IMG/VR virus record: IMGVR_UViG_3300027763_000029 | Direction: 5' to 3' (one strand) | Source: a virus | Length of the DNA stretch: 64,000 bases | Shown: in pieces, positions 49,327-58,783 of the stretch | How positions within the stretch are numbered: the stretch's first letter is position 1 | Layout: the number at the start of each line of letters is the position of its first letter | Notes under the pieces: generated by a model | The model's input: the letters and a program-made list of their open reading frames with translations, nothing else | Database searches by the model: none | Told to the model about the DNA's origin: nothing | Program-made: the position numbers and the translations under genes

Positions 49327-50335
49327 AGAAGACGTTAAGAAGAATTTTGGTGACAACGTAATGTTAACAGCAAATGCTGTTATTGATAAGTCTTTGATTA
49401 CTATTCCAGTTAGTCCAGCATTAGATGTCGTACTAAATGGTGGTATCCCAGAAGGAAGTTTTGTTATTTTTACCGGTCAACCAAAATGCGGTAAGACTAC
49501 AACCTCATTAGATTTCTGCGCCACTGCTCAAAGACCAGAATATGCACACGGATCATTTAAGGAAGGCAGAGAAGTATACTATCTGAATATAGAAGGACGA
49601 TTAAAGAAACGAGACCTAGAAGGTATCCCAGGATTAAATTTAGAAAAGTTTAATATTATAGGGTCTCAAGAAGGTAAGATTTTACACGCAGAAGAATATT
49701 TGCAAATTGGTGAAAGAATTATTAATGAAATTCCAGGATCGGTGGTCATCATTGACTCATATTCTGCTTTATGTACAGAAGCAGAAATCACTAGCGATAT
49801 GAATAAGATGCAAAGAGCAGATGGTGCCAAGCTATTAGCTAAGTTTTGCAGAAAGGTGGCTAATGTTATTCCTGTTAACAGAAACATTGTCATAGGTATT
49901 ACTCACCAAATGGGCAACCCCGGTATGGGACATAGTGAATGGAAAGAAAAGAGTGGTCAGGCTATTGCATATCAAACAGATATCAAAATCAAGGCTAATT
50001 ATTTTAGTCCATGGAATTTAAGTACTGATAGTCCTCAAATTGGTCAAGAAGTACATTGGCAAGTATTATGCTCTGCTCTAGGTGCTCCCGGAGGTAAGAT
50101 TACAAGCTATATTAGATATGGTCAGGGGATTGACAAACAGATGGAATTACTGACACTTGCTGTAGATTTAGGGCTTGTATCTAAGGGTGGGGCATGGTAT
50201 ACTATGTCATCTGTCGAGGACAAGCCTAAGTTCCAAGGTCTTGAAAAAACAAGACAATACTTAGTTGACCATCCAGAAGTTTATGACGATTTATGGACAA
50301 AAGTCAAGGATACTATGGGCATCAAATGCAAGTAA
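49316..50335 (+). CDS. recA: RecA/UvsX-like recombinase
   Basis: SPALDVVLNGGIPEG, Walker A GQPKCGKTT, VIIDS, YGQGID, GAWY. Confidence 0.9.
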   Translation: MALKEDVKKNFGDNVMLTANAVIDKSLITIPVSPALDVVLNGGIPEGSFVIFTGQPKCGKTTTSLDFCATAQRPEYAHGSFKEGREVYYLNIEGRLKKRDLEGIPGLNLEKFNIIGSQEGKILHAEEYLQIGERIINEIPGSVVIIDSYSALCTEAEITSDMNKMQRADGAKLLAKFCRKVANVIPVNRNIVIGITHQMGNPGMGHSEWKEKSGQAIAYQTDIKIKANYFSPWNLSTDSPQIGQEVHWQVLCSALGAPGGKITSYIRYGQGIDKQMELLTLAVDLGLVSKGGAWYTMSSVEDKPKFQGLEKTRQYLVDHPEVYDDLWTKVKDTMGIKCK

Positions 50336-50745
50336 AAGATCTAGATGGTAATTCTTATAATTGGCAGTTAGTTGGCAATATCGCTCATGGATCAATTCAA
50401 AATAAATCTAGTCTACATTTACAGGCAAGAGATTTAATACATGAGTGCTTTCCAACTCTGCAGGTATTAGAAGAAGTACCGGTTAATATTAGAAGATCAG
50501 AAACTCTATATTTAGATTTTTACTTACCTCTTATAAAAAGATGTATTGAAGTTCATGGAGAACAGCATTATAAGTTTAGTAGATTTTTTCATAATAGTCC
50601 TCTAGGTTTTATAAGACACAAGAAACGAGATCAAGAAAAAAAAGATTGGTGTGAATTGAATGGTATTGAGTATATAGAACTTCCATTTGATCAAACGGAT
50701 CAATGGACATTAAGGATCAAAAATGAACACGAAAGAACAAGTTAA
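50326..50745 (+). CDS. Vsr/DUF559-like endonuclease
   Basis: LDFYLP....IEVHGEQHY...RDQEKKDWCELNGI. Confidence 0.75.
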   Translation: MQVKDLDGNSYNWQLVGNIAHGSIQNKSSLHLQARDLIHECFPTLQVLEEVPVNIRRSETLYLDFYLPLIKRCIEVHGEQHYKFSRFFHNSPLGFIRHKKRDQEKKDWCELNGIEYIELPFDQTDQWTLRIKNEHERTS

Positions 50746-51208
50746 TGAATGGGATAAGATTCTTGACGAATATGAAAAGAATATTGGTCTTGGATCTTAT
50801 AGAGCAGACTCTTTCCCAGAAGAGGAGCTTAATAACTATTTTCAAATGAGTAGGGATGAACTAGAAAAAACAACCCCAGAGGTTTGTGGGGAAATAGCAT
50901 ACAGATTAGGTCAGTTCGCATTTCATGTGCAGAGATCAATAAATAGAGAGCTTTCTAGATTAAACTGGGCCGATGAGACTATTAAAGAAACAATTGCTGA
51001 AGAGATTAATAATTATAAGGGATATGGATATATTGAAAAGTCTTTTCAGGCCATTAAGAATAATGAGAAAGCATCAGCATTAAATAAGATTAAAAAATAT
51101 GCTAAACAAAGAAGTGATAGACTTCAATATTTAGCAAATAGTATTAAACACTTATCTGATATTATGTTATCTATTCAAAGAGCAAAGGTGAAAAATGGAC
51201 CTCAGTGA
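50723..51208 (+). CDS. Coiled-coil protein, possible UvsY-like recombination mediator
   Basis: All-helical; lies between recA and the helicase. Confidence 0.45.
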   Translation: MNTKEQVNEWDKILDEYEKNIGLGSYRADSFPEEELNNYFQMSRDELEKTTPEVCGEIAYRLGQFAFHVQRSINRELSRLNWADETIKETIAEEINNYKGYGYIEKSFQAIKNNEKASALNKIKKYAKQRSDRLQYLANSIKHLSDIMLSIQRAKVKNGPQ

Positions 51209-51572
51209 ACTAAGTAAAAATCCCGACCAGCTAAAACAGCTTATCTCCTTACTACAGAATATGCTACCGTCAGACGATTCTGATGAAAGCAGCGAGGAGA
51301 CTAGTCCCATTAAAACAAAGAGTTCGAGAAAGCCAAAAGGCCAAACACAAAACTCTAATAAGTTTTTAAATATGCCAGAAATGAATATGCATAAAGAGGA
51401 TACTGAGATAGATAAAAGACTATCGAAGCATCCTCCAGTTGCAAGAGCTAGAGAGTTTGAGCCAATAGTAGTTAGGTGTAGAATTTGCGGTAAAGAAGAA
51501 ACTCTAAGTCCTTCATTGGTCGAGTCTCCATCAAGATATAAATGTAATAAGTGTTCATCATCAGCAGGATAA
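51195..51572 (+). CDS. Zn-finger protein
   Basis: CRICG...CNKC at the C-terminus. Confidence 0.65.
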   Translation: MDLSELSKNPDQLKQLISLLQNMLPSDDSDESSEETSPIKTKSSRKPKGQTQNSNKFLNMPEMNMHKEDTEIDKRLSKHPPVARAREFEPIVVRCRICGKEETLSPSLVESPSRYKCNKCSSSAG

Positions 51573-51575
51573 ATT

Positions 51576-53045
51576 ATGATTTTGTGTGATCCATCAGCCG
51601 AAAGAGCTGTATTGAGTGGTATGCTCCAATATGGAGAAGAAGTATTTCTTGATATAGGAGATATTGTTCAAGAGGAATCTTTTACTATTGACAGTAATCA
51701 GGTTCTATTCAAGTGCTGTAAGCATATCTTTGAAAAGGGACAATCAGTATCTACTATAGACATAGCTTCTATATATTCGTCCGCTCAAGAACTAGGAATG
51801 TCTCATATTCTTAGTCAGAAAGAAGAAGCCCAACATCTAAAGGCTATTAAAGATTTTCCGGTTAATAAGGAAAATATTAGAAAATTTGCAGCCAAGATCA
51901 GAAAGCTTGAGATAGCTAGACTACTACATAAGGAACTAGGCAATACTCAGGAAAAGCTGCTAGATATATCAGGATCAGAATCAATATCATCTATTATTGG
52001 TATCGCAGAAGATTCAATATTCAACTTCTCATCCTCACTGAATAACGATAACGATAATGCTCCAACATTCATGTCTGCTGGGTTAGATGAGTATATCGAA
52101 TATCTACAAAATAATAAGATCGATCAGGTTGGTATTTCCACAGGGTTCCCTGTTTATGATCAGTCAATAGGTGGAGGACTAAGAAAAGGAACAATCAATG
52201 TTATCGGAGCAAGACCAAAAGTTGGTAAAACCCTCTTATCTGATAACATAGGTTACCATATAGCAAAACAAAATATTCCAGTATTAAATATGGATACTGA
52301 AATGAATAAAGAAGATCATATCCATAGAATTTTAGCTATGAGTACAGAAATTGAGATCAACAAGATTGAGACTGGCAAATTTACAGAGTCTCCTATTAAT
52401 GCTAAGAAAATAGAACAAGCAGTTAAGGATCTTAAAGCCGCACCGCTTTATCATAAGTCTATCGCTGGAAAACCATTCGATGAACAATTAGCCATTATGA
52501 GAAGGTGGCTAGTTAAGGACGTTGGTTTAAATGATGATGGAACAGCTAAGGATTGTGTTATTATATATGACTATCTAAAGTTAATGGATTCTGGTGGAAT
52601 ATCTCAAGACCTAAAAGAATATCAGGTTCTAGGTTTTATGATGACTGCGCTACATAATTTTGCTGTTAAATATAAGGTTCCAATACTTTCTTTTATTCAG
52701 CTTAATCGTGATGGCATATCTAAAGAGAGTACCGATTCTGCAAGTGGTTCAGATAGAATTATCTGGCTATGCAGTAACTTTTCCATATTCAAAAGAAAGT
52801 CTGACGAAGAGATTGCCGAAGATGGAGGAAAATCTGGTAATCGTAAACTAGTACCAGTAATTAGTAGGCACGGTGGAGGATTGGATGACAACGACTACAT
52901 TAATTGTCATATGAAGGGTTGGTGTGCCAAGATTACCGAAGGTCAGACCAAGCTAGAGATAATGCATAATAACAAATCAAACTCAGACGGATTTTTAATC
53001 GATGCCAATAATAATGAACAAAATCAAGAAATCCCATTCGTATGA
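51576..53045 (+). CDS. dnaB: Replicative DNA helicase DnaB
   Basis: AERAVL, GISTGF...D...GGL, GARPKVGKT, DTEM, YDYLKLM, QLNR. Confidence 0.93.
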   Translation: MILCDPSAERAVLSGMLQYGEEVFLDIGDIVQEESFTIDSNQVLFKCCKHIFEKGQSVSTIDIASIYSSAQELGMSHILSQKEEAQHLKAIKDFPVNKENIRKFAAKIRKLEIARLLHKELGNTQEKLLDISGSESISSIIGIAEDSIFNFSSSLNNDNDNAPTFMSAGLDEYIEYLQNNKIDQVGISTGFPVYDQSIGGGLRKGTINVIGARPKVGKTLLSDNIGYHIAKQNIPVLNMDTEMNKEDHIHRILAMSTEIEINKIETGKFTESPINAKKIEQAVKDLKAAPLYHKSIAGKPFDEQLAIMRRWLVKDVGLNDDGTAKDCVIIYDYLKLMDSGGISQDLKEYQVLGFMMTALHNFAVKYKVPILSFIQLNRDGISKESTDSASGSDRIIWLCSNFSIFKRKSDEEIAEDGGKSGNRKLVPVISRHGGGLDDNDYINCHMKGWCAKITEGQTKLEIMHNNKSNSDGFLIDANNNEQNQEIPFV

Positions 53046-54168
53046 TCAAGCAAAACTGAAATACGTTTCAGATGCTTTATGTGAAAATATTGAAGAACTT
53101 CTAGACACTCTAGGAATAGAGGGGTATAAGAATCTTGGTAAGCTTATTGCTATGAGTTGTCCAATTCATGGTGGAGATAATGAGTCTGCACTTAATATTT
53201 ATCATCAAGGTGACTCATATAGAGGTAACTGGAAGTGTAGAACTCATCAGTGTGAAGAAACATTTAAAGGATCAATTATAGGATTCATTAGAGGATGTTT
53301 ATCTCACAATACTTATGGTTGGGTAAAGTCTGGAGATAAGCTATGCTCATTCAAAGAAGCGCTAGATTTTGCAACAGCTTTTATACGAGAAGATTTTTCT
53401 AGCATAAAGATATCGAGAAAAGCTAAAGAAAAAACGGCCTTTGTTAATACGGTTAAATACATTAGCAACAATAATCAAGACGATAGTCCAAAGATATCAA
53501 AAGATGTAATTAGGAGAAGTCTATCTATTCCTTCTGATTATTTTCTTAACAGAGGATTTTCCGCCCTAACTCTGAACAACTATGATGTAGGAGACTGTCG
53601 GGTTCAAGGTAAAGAGATGAATGGGAGGGCCGTGGTTCCGATATACGACCCTGATTTTAAATACATGGTCGGTTGTACCGGACGAAGTATATATGAGAAA
53701 TGCCCACAATGCAAAGCATACCACGACCCAAAAACAAGCTGTCCATCTGCTGATTCTTTATGGAAATACTCAAAATGGAGACATAATACTGGATTTAAAA
53801 CCCAAGAACATTTGTATAATTTTTGGATTGCACAGCATAGAATCAAAGAAACATCATGCGTTATTCTTGTTGAAAGCCCAGGAAATGTTTGGAGATTGTC
53901 TGAAGCGGGTATACTTAATGCTGTAGCAATATTTGGCTCATCATTGAGTGATCGTCAGAAAATGATTTTGGACACTTCTGGTGCCATGACCATTATTACT
54001 ATAATGGACAATGACGATGCTGGTCAAAAGGCGGCTATTCAAATAAAGCAGAAATGCGAAAAAACATATAATATCAAAAATATCTCTCCTAGTAAAGAAG
54101 ACATAGCTTCAATGAGTATTGAAGAAATTAATAACGAAATTAAACCTCTAATTAAAGACTTTATATGA
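53014..54168 (+). CDS. dnaG: DnaG-type DNA primase
   Basis: CPIH..DN.SA Zn finger, RAVVPI, GCTGR, TOPRIM LVES...MDND.AG. Confidence 0.88.
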   Translation: MNKIKKSHSYDQAKLKYVSDALCENIEELLDTLGIEGYKNLGKLIAMSCPIHGGDNESALNIYHQGDSYRGNWKCRTHQCEETFKGSIIGFIRGCLSHNTYGWVKSGDKLCSFKEALDFATAFIREDFSSIKISRKAKEKTAFVNTVKYISNNNQDDSPKISKDVIRRSLSIPSDYFLNRGFSALTLNNYDVGDCRVQGKEMNGRAVVPIYDPDFKYMVGCTGRSIYEKCPQCKAYHDPKTSCPSADSLWKYSKWRHNTGFKTQEHLYNFWIAQHRIKETSCVILVESPGNVWRLSEAGILNAVAIFGSSLSDRQKMILDTSGAMTIITIMDNDDAGQKAAIQIKQKCEKTYNIKNISPSKEDIASMSIEEINNEIKPLIKDFI

Positions 54169-54887
54169 TCATAGGATTTTCAGGAAAAAAGCAGTCGGGC
54201 AAGAGTACATCGAGCAATTTTATAATCTCCCTATTTATTGCTCAATTAGAAATAGCTCAAAAGGTATCAATAAATCCAAATGGACAAATAGTAGTTTCGG
54301 ATCTTTTAAATGATAGAAACTATGCTGGAATATTCGATCTATCTAATATTAATAGAAATGACTTTATACTAAATAAGGTAGTTGAAAAATTAGAGAAACA
54401 CATTAAAGTATATAGTTTTGCTGATCCACTAAAAAAAGATATTTGTATGAATATCCTGGGACTAACGTATGAACAATGTTATGGATCAGATGAAGAAAAA
54501 AATACCTTAACAGACTTAACATGGGATGATAAACAGCTTTCTGGAAGAGAGGCTATGGAAATTATTGGAACCAATATTTTTCGTACTCTTAAAAATAATG
54601 TTTGGGTAGAAGCAACCATAAAAAAGATCAAAGAAGAAAAACCTTCCATAGCTATTATCGCTGACTGTAGATTCCCAAACGAAGCTGATAGTATTAAGAC
54701 AGAGGGTGGTAAGGTACTTAGATTAACCAGAAATCCTTTTAATTCATCAGCCAAAGCTGAAGTAGCATTGGATAAAGAAAACTATGATTGGTCTAATTTT
54801 GATTATATTTGCGATAATGAAAATATGAACATATATGATCAATGCATGGATATACAAAAATTTTTACAGGAGATTCTACCATTATAG
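54165..54887 (+). CDS. Deoxynucleoside monophosphate kinase
   Basis: GFSGKKQSGKST, SFADPLK, R..M...GT...R, DCRFPNE. Confidence 0.88.
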   Translation: MIIGFSGKKQSGKSTSSNFIISLFIAQLEIAQKVSINPNGQIVVSDLLNDRNYAGIFDLSNINRNDFILNKVVEKLEKHIKVYSFADPLKKDICMNILGLTYEQCYGSDEEKNTLTDLTWDDKQLSGREAMEIIGTNIFRTLKNNVWVEATIKKIKEEKPSIAIIADCRFPNEADSIKTEGGKVLRLTRNPFNSSAKAEVALDKENYDWSNFDYICDNENMNIYDQCMDIQKFLQEILPL

Positions 54888-55924
54888 TCACATACTTTAG
54901 AAGTAGTTCATATAACACACACTCAATGTGCGAGCAGCAATATTTTCTCGAATATGTTCTTGGCTATCGTGGTCCATCGGGCCAAAAAGCCGATAAAGGA
55001 ACCATAGTTCATAAAGTCTTAGAAATACTAGCAGTTATAAAAAAGGCACAGCAAGATGATGTTAAAGTTATCGATGATGATGTGGTAGGAAAAGTAAATA
55101 TCTCAAACTATAGCTTGAATGTTATTATAGAGGAAGTATATAAGCATTATTCAGAAGCTAATTCTCATCACAAGTGGGCATTGAAAGACTATAAAGATTG
55201 TCACGCATGGGTTTACAAAGCAATAGAATTTAATGATGGTATGTTCGATCCAAGGAATAGACATATACTATGTCCAGAGCAACATTTTGATATCGAGATT
55301 AAAAAACCTTGGGCAGCATATTCTTATGATACTCCAGAAGGTAAGCTAGAAGGTAATTTGGGTATTAAGGGTACTATAGACCTTATAACCTTAGTAAACG
55401 ACAATACTATTGAAATTATTGACTGGAAAACTGGTAGAAGATTAGATTGGGCGACTGGTAAGGAAAAGACCTTAGAAAAACTACAGACTGATCCACAGTT
55501 AAGAATATATCATTATGCTATTAGTCATTTGTATCCTCACATAGACCACATTATATTTTCTATCTATTTTATCAATGACGGTGGACCTTTTTCGATATGT
55601 TTTGATAAATCAGATCTTTCTAAGACAGAGGATATGTTACGTCAAAAATTTGAGGTGGTTAAGAATACAAGAAGGCCAAGACTTAATAAAACTTGGATGT
55701 GTACAAAATTATGCCATTTTGGTAAAACAACATTCGACAATACTCACATACAACCGCAAGTAGAATATAGAGAAAATCAAACTTGCAGTCTTGGTTCAAC
55801 AATGACAAAATGTGAACAAATTAAACATGATATTGATCTGAATGGTATGGATTCTGTTGTAAAAGAGTATAAGAATAAGAATCACTCATTTGCAAAGTAC
55901 AAAGCACCCGGAACCACAGAATGA
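54881..55924 (+). CDS. PD-(D/E)XK nuclease (RecB/Cas4-like); probable ATT start
   Basis: SSSYN...C, GTIVH..LE, GTIDL...IIDWKTG, QLRIY, C..LC; SD AGGAG 8 nt before ATT at 54881. Confidence 0.8.
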   Translation: MIVTYFRSSSYNTHSMCEQQYFLEYVLGYRGPSGQKADKGTIVHKVLEILAVIKKAQQDDVKVIDDDVVGKVNISNYSLNVIIEEVYKHYSEANSHHKWALKDYKDCHAWVYKAIEFNDGMFDPRNRHILCPEQHFDIEIKKPWAAYSYDTPEGKLEGNLGIKGTIDLITLVNDNTIEIIDWKTGRRLDWATGKEKTLEKLQTDPQLRIYHYAISHLYPHIDHIIFSIYFINDGGPFSICFDKSDLSKTEDMLRQKFEVVKNTRRPRLNKTWMCTKLCHFGKTTFDNTHIQPQVEYRENQTCSLGSTMTKCEQIKHDIDLNGMDSVVKEYKNKNHSFAKYKAPGTTE

Positions 55925-55936
55925 TATTTCGGTCGC

Positions 55937-55964
55937 TTGACAACACCCGTTCGTATCGTACAAT
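55937..55964 (+). promoter_or_regulatory. Sigma70-like promoter TTGACA-N16-TACAAT for dnaE-N
   Basis: Intergenic, ~60 nt upstream of ATG 56024. Confidence 0.65.
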
Positions 55965-55971
55965 ACATCGA

Positions 55972-56076
55972 GTCAGTTTCTCATTGACCCACCCCCAAAA
56001 TACCAAAAGAAGGAAAATAAAAGATGGACGTGAATAAGAGGTATATTCCTCTGCACGTCCATTCTTAAGTGGGTCA
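55972..56076 (+). promoter_or_regulatory. Structured dnaE leader/recoding element
   Basis: Nested pairings TGACCCAC(55985-92)/GTGGGTCA(56069-76), ATGGACGTG(56024-32)/CACGTCCAT(56054-62), AGAGG(56037-41)/CCTCT(56048-52). Confidence 0.65.
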
Positions 56077-57909
56077 CACTACTCACTTTTGGATGGACTA
56101 TCTAAGCCTGCACAAATTGCAAAAAGATGTAATACTCTTGGAGTAACTTCGTGTGCAATTACTGACCACGGAACAATATCTGGAACTGTGCAGTTTTACC
56201 AGTCAATGAAATCTAATGGTATCAAACCCATTTTAGGTTGTGAACTATATATCAGCGAAGATGATTCTCACATAAAGACTAAAGAAAATAGTAAGCTTGG
56301 ACATTTTATAGTTTTAGCTAAGAATAAAAAGGGATGGGCTAGTTTAATCAGAATAATATCTGAATCTAATAGTAAGCATAATTTTTATCATAAGCCAAGA
56401 TTGAGCTTTAATAGATTACAAGAATTCTTAGATGGTAATCTAATTGGTTTTTGTGGTCACTTAGGATCAGTATTAGCAAATAAGATACTAAGATCCAAAG
56501 ATGATTCCGAAAAAGAAGCTATTGAAATGATAGCTAAGATGAAGGATATGTTTGGTAAAGATAATTTCTTTCTAGAGTCTCAACTCATGGATAGAGAACA
56601 TATACCAGAACAGATTCAGTTAACAGATTTGATAAGAAAACTTGGATCAATAACTAAAACAAAAGTAATATGCACACCAGATGCTCATTATTGCGATAAA
56701 TCTGATGCTGTTGATCAAAGGATCCTTTTATGTAATAATCTAAAGACTACTCTTGTTGATATCAATAAAAAGATACTTAATAATGAAGATGTTCCTATGG
56801 GATGTTTTTTTAAGTCAGATAATTATTACATATTGTCTCCAGAAGAAATGGCTGATTTACACACTCAAGAAGAAATAGATAATACTAATCATGTAGATTC
56901 TATGATAGAGTCATATGATATTCTAAATAAACCTGCTCTTCCAAATTTTGAATGTCCAAAAGGATTTAATCCAGATGAATATCTAAGAGAATTATGCAGA
57001 AATGGTTGGAGAGATAAGATAGCCAATAATATTCCAAAGGATAAACAACAAATCTATGTTGATAGAATTAAGGAAGAATTGGATGTTTTGCAGGGCGCTG
57101 GGCTGTCCAGCTACTTTCTTATCATTCAAGACATACTTAACAATGTAAAGTCTAATAATTGGCTTCCGGGACCAGGAAGAGGATCTGCTGCTGGATGTTT
57201 AGTATCCTACTTAATAGGAATTACTGCTATAGATCCTATAAAGTATGATCTATTGTTCAGTAGATTTTATAATTCTGGTCGAAATACTGCTGACCGTATT
57301 TCCATGCCAGATATAGATGTTGATGTACCAATTAACAAAAGAGAAGAAATCATCTCATATATTAAAAATAAGTATGGAAGCAATAAGGTATCTCAAATGA
57401 TAACTTATAATACTATGAAAGGCCGTGGAGCCTTAAAGGAAGTATTAAGAGTATATGGCAACGTGGCATTTGAAGAGATGAATCGTATAACAAAATACAT
57501 CCCGGATGAAGCAAAAATTGCAGACGAATTGCAAGAAATGAAAGAAGATACTGGCGAAGCATCCATTATTCGTTGGGCATTAGAAAACAATGTTGACAAA
57601 CTCAAGGAGTGGTGCTATATTAATGAGGAAGGAGAATTAGCCGGTCCTCTGGCCAAGCGTTTTGAACAGGCTATTCGTTTGGAAGGAACTAAATCTAATC
57701 AATCAAAACACGCTGCTGGTATTGTAATTAGTATAGATGAATTGAGTAATGTTTGCCCCATGATTTATGATTCAAAAAATGATCAACTTATTGCGGGCAT
57801 GGAAATGCAGGACCTGGAATCTTTGGGTGTAATTAAATTTGATATTCTAGGCGTAGCTATGCTAGATAAGATTATGACTATTTCTGACCTATTAAAAAAT
57901 GGAGAATAA
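56024..57909 (+). CDS. dnaE: DNA polymerase III alpha, N-terminal subunit (PHP + palm), interrupted by an 11-nt insert at 56066-56076
   Basis: MDVNKRYIPLHVHS* in one frame, then HYSLLDGLSKP..TDHG..GCE..DAHY..GRGSAAG..PDIDVD..KHAAG..KFDILG in the -1 frame. Confidence 0.9.
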
Positions 57910-57911
57910 CC

Positions 57912-58088
57912 ATGGAAAAGACTTTCGGTGAAGTAGCGGTAGGAGAAAATTTTAGCGTAAATGGTTCTGAGTATACCAAGGTAAATGCTGTAAAAGTTAG
58001 TTGTTGTCAGTCTATTAATGCTCATTTGGTAGATGACGCTAACTCAAGAGTATTTTTTACCGATAACCTAATGGTGGTGGTCAATTAA
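57912..58088 (+). CDS. Small beta-rich protein (58 aa), not in the ORF track
   Basis: SD GGAG; MEKTFGEVAVGENFSVNGSEYTKV...; TAATG coupling to the exonuclease. Confidence 0.65.
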   Translation: MEKTFGEVAVGENFSVNGSEYTKVNAVKVSCCQSINAHLVDDANSRVFFTDNLMVVVN

Positions 58089-58783
58089 TGCCTAATTTTC
58101 AAAAAATTTGTGTTTTCGATCTGGAGACTGACGGTATTAATCCAGAGAAATGTAGTCCTGTTCAGATAGCTGCCATAATTATAGATCCTCTTAAACTACA
58201 AGTAGTGCCAGACTCCGAGTTTAATATTAGTATTAAGCCAGAAGCATTGATAGATAATCCAGAATATGACTATGCAGATAGTGATGTGTTGGATTTTCAT
58301 GCAAAGGTGAGAGGTTCTTCTAAAGAGGATATTCTAAAAGAATGGAAGTCTTATCAGAAGCAGGATCATGGATGGAAAATGTTTACATCATACCTGGATA
58401 TGTATCATACAAGATCCGAAAGAAAATCTTGTTTTAGTGCTCCCATTGCTGCGGGATATAACATAAATAGGTTTGATCTGAAAATTATTGAGAGACTTAG
58501 TACAAAATATGACAATCTCAATAAAGAGGGCAAGTCTAGTCTATTTTATCCTAGAGATGTTGTAGACTTGATGAATATGGTATTTTATTGGTTTGAAGGT
58601 AACAATGAGCTTAAAAATTATACTCTAGATAATCTTAGAGATTATTTAGGTATATCAAAAGAAGGTGCTCATGATGCTCTGAAAGACGTAAAAGATACTG
58701 CTGATATATTAATTAGGTTTTTAAAATTGCATAGGAATTTATCTAACAAGATAAAATTTAAGGGGTCATTTGCGAATGTCTGA
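58088..58783 (+). CDS. DEDDh 3'-5' exonuclease (DnaQ/epsilon-like)
   Basis: VFDLETDG, GYNINRFD, AHDALKDV. Confidence 0.9.
   Translation: MPNFQKICVFDLETDGINPEKCSPVQIAAIIIDPLKLQVVPDSEFNISIKPEALIDNPEYDYADSDVLDFHAKVRGSSKEDILKEWKSYQKQDHGWKMFTSYLDMYHTRSERKSCFSAPIAAGYNINRFDLKIIERLSTKYDNLNKEGKSSLFYPRDVVDLMNMVFYWFEGNNELKNYTLDNLRDYLGISKEGAHDALKDVKDTADILIRFLKLHRNLSNKIKFKGSFANV

Noticed and set aside
43147-53045. Inteins or introns in nrdJ, recA or dnaB
   Set aside because: Protein lengths are normal and motifs contiguous; no splicing motifs were seen.
54881-55924. Cas4 as evidence of a CRISPR-Cas system
   Set aside because: It is a standalone PD-(D/E)XK nuclease in a replication module, with no array, cas1 or cas2.
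56089-57909. TTG 56089 as the true dnaE start, as in the ORF track
   Set aside because: It lies inside the conserved YSLLDG motif, has no good SD and drops the PHP HxH ligands encoded from ATG 56024. It could at most give a minor isoform.
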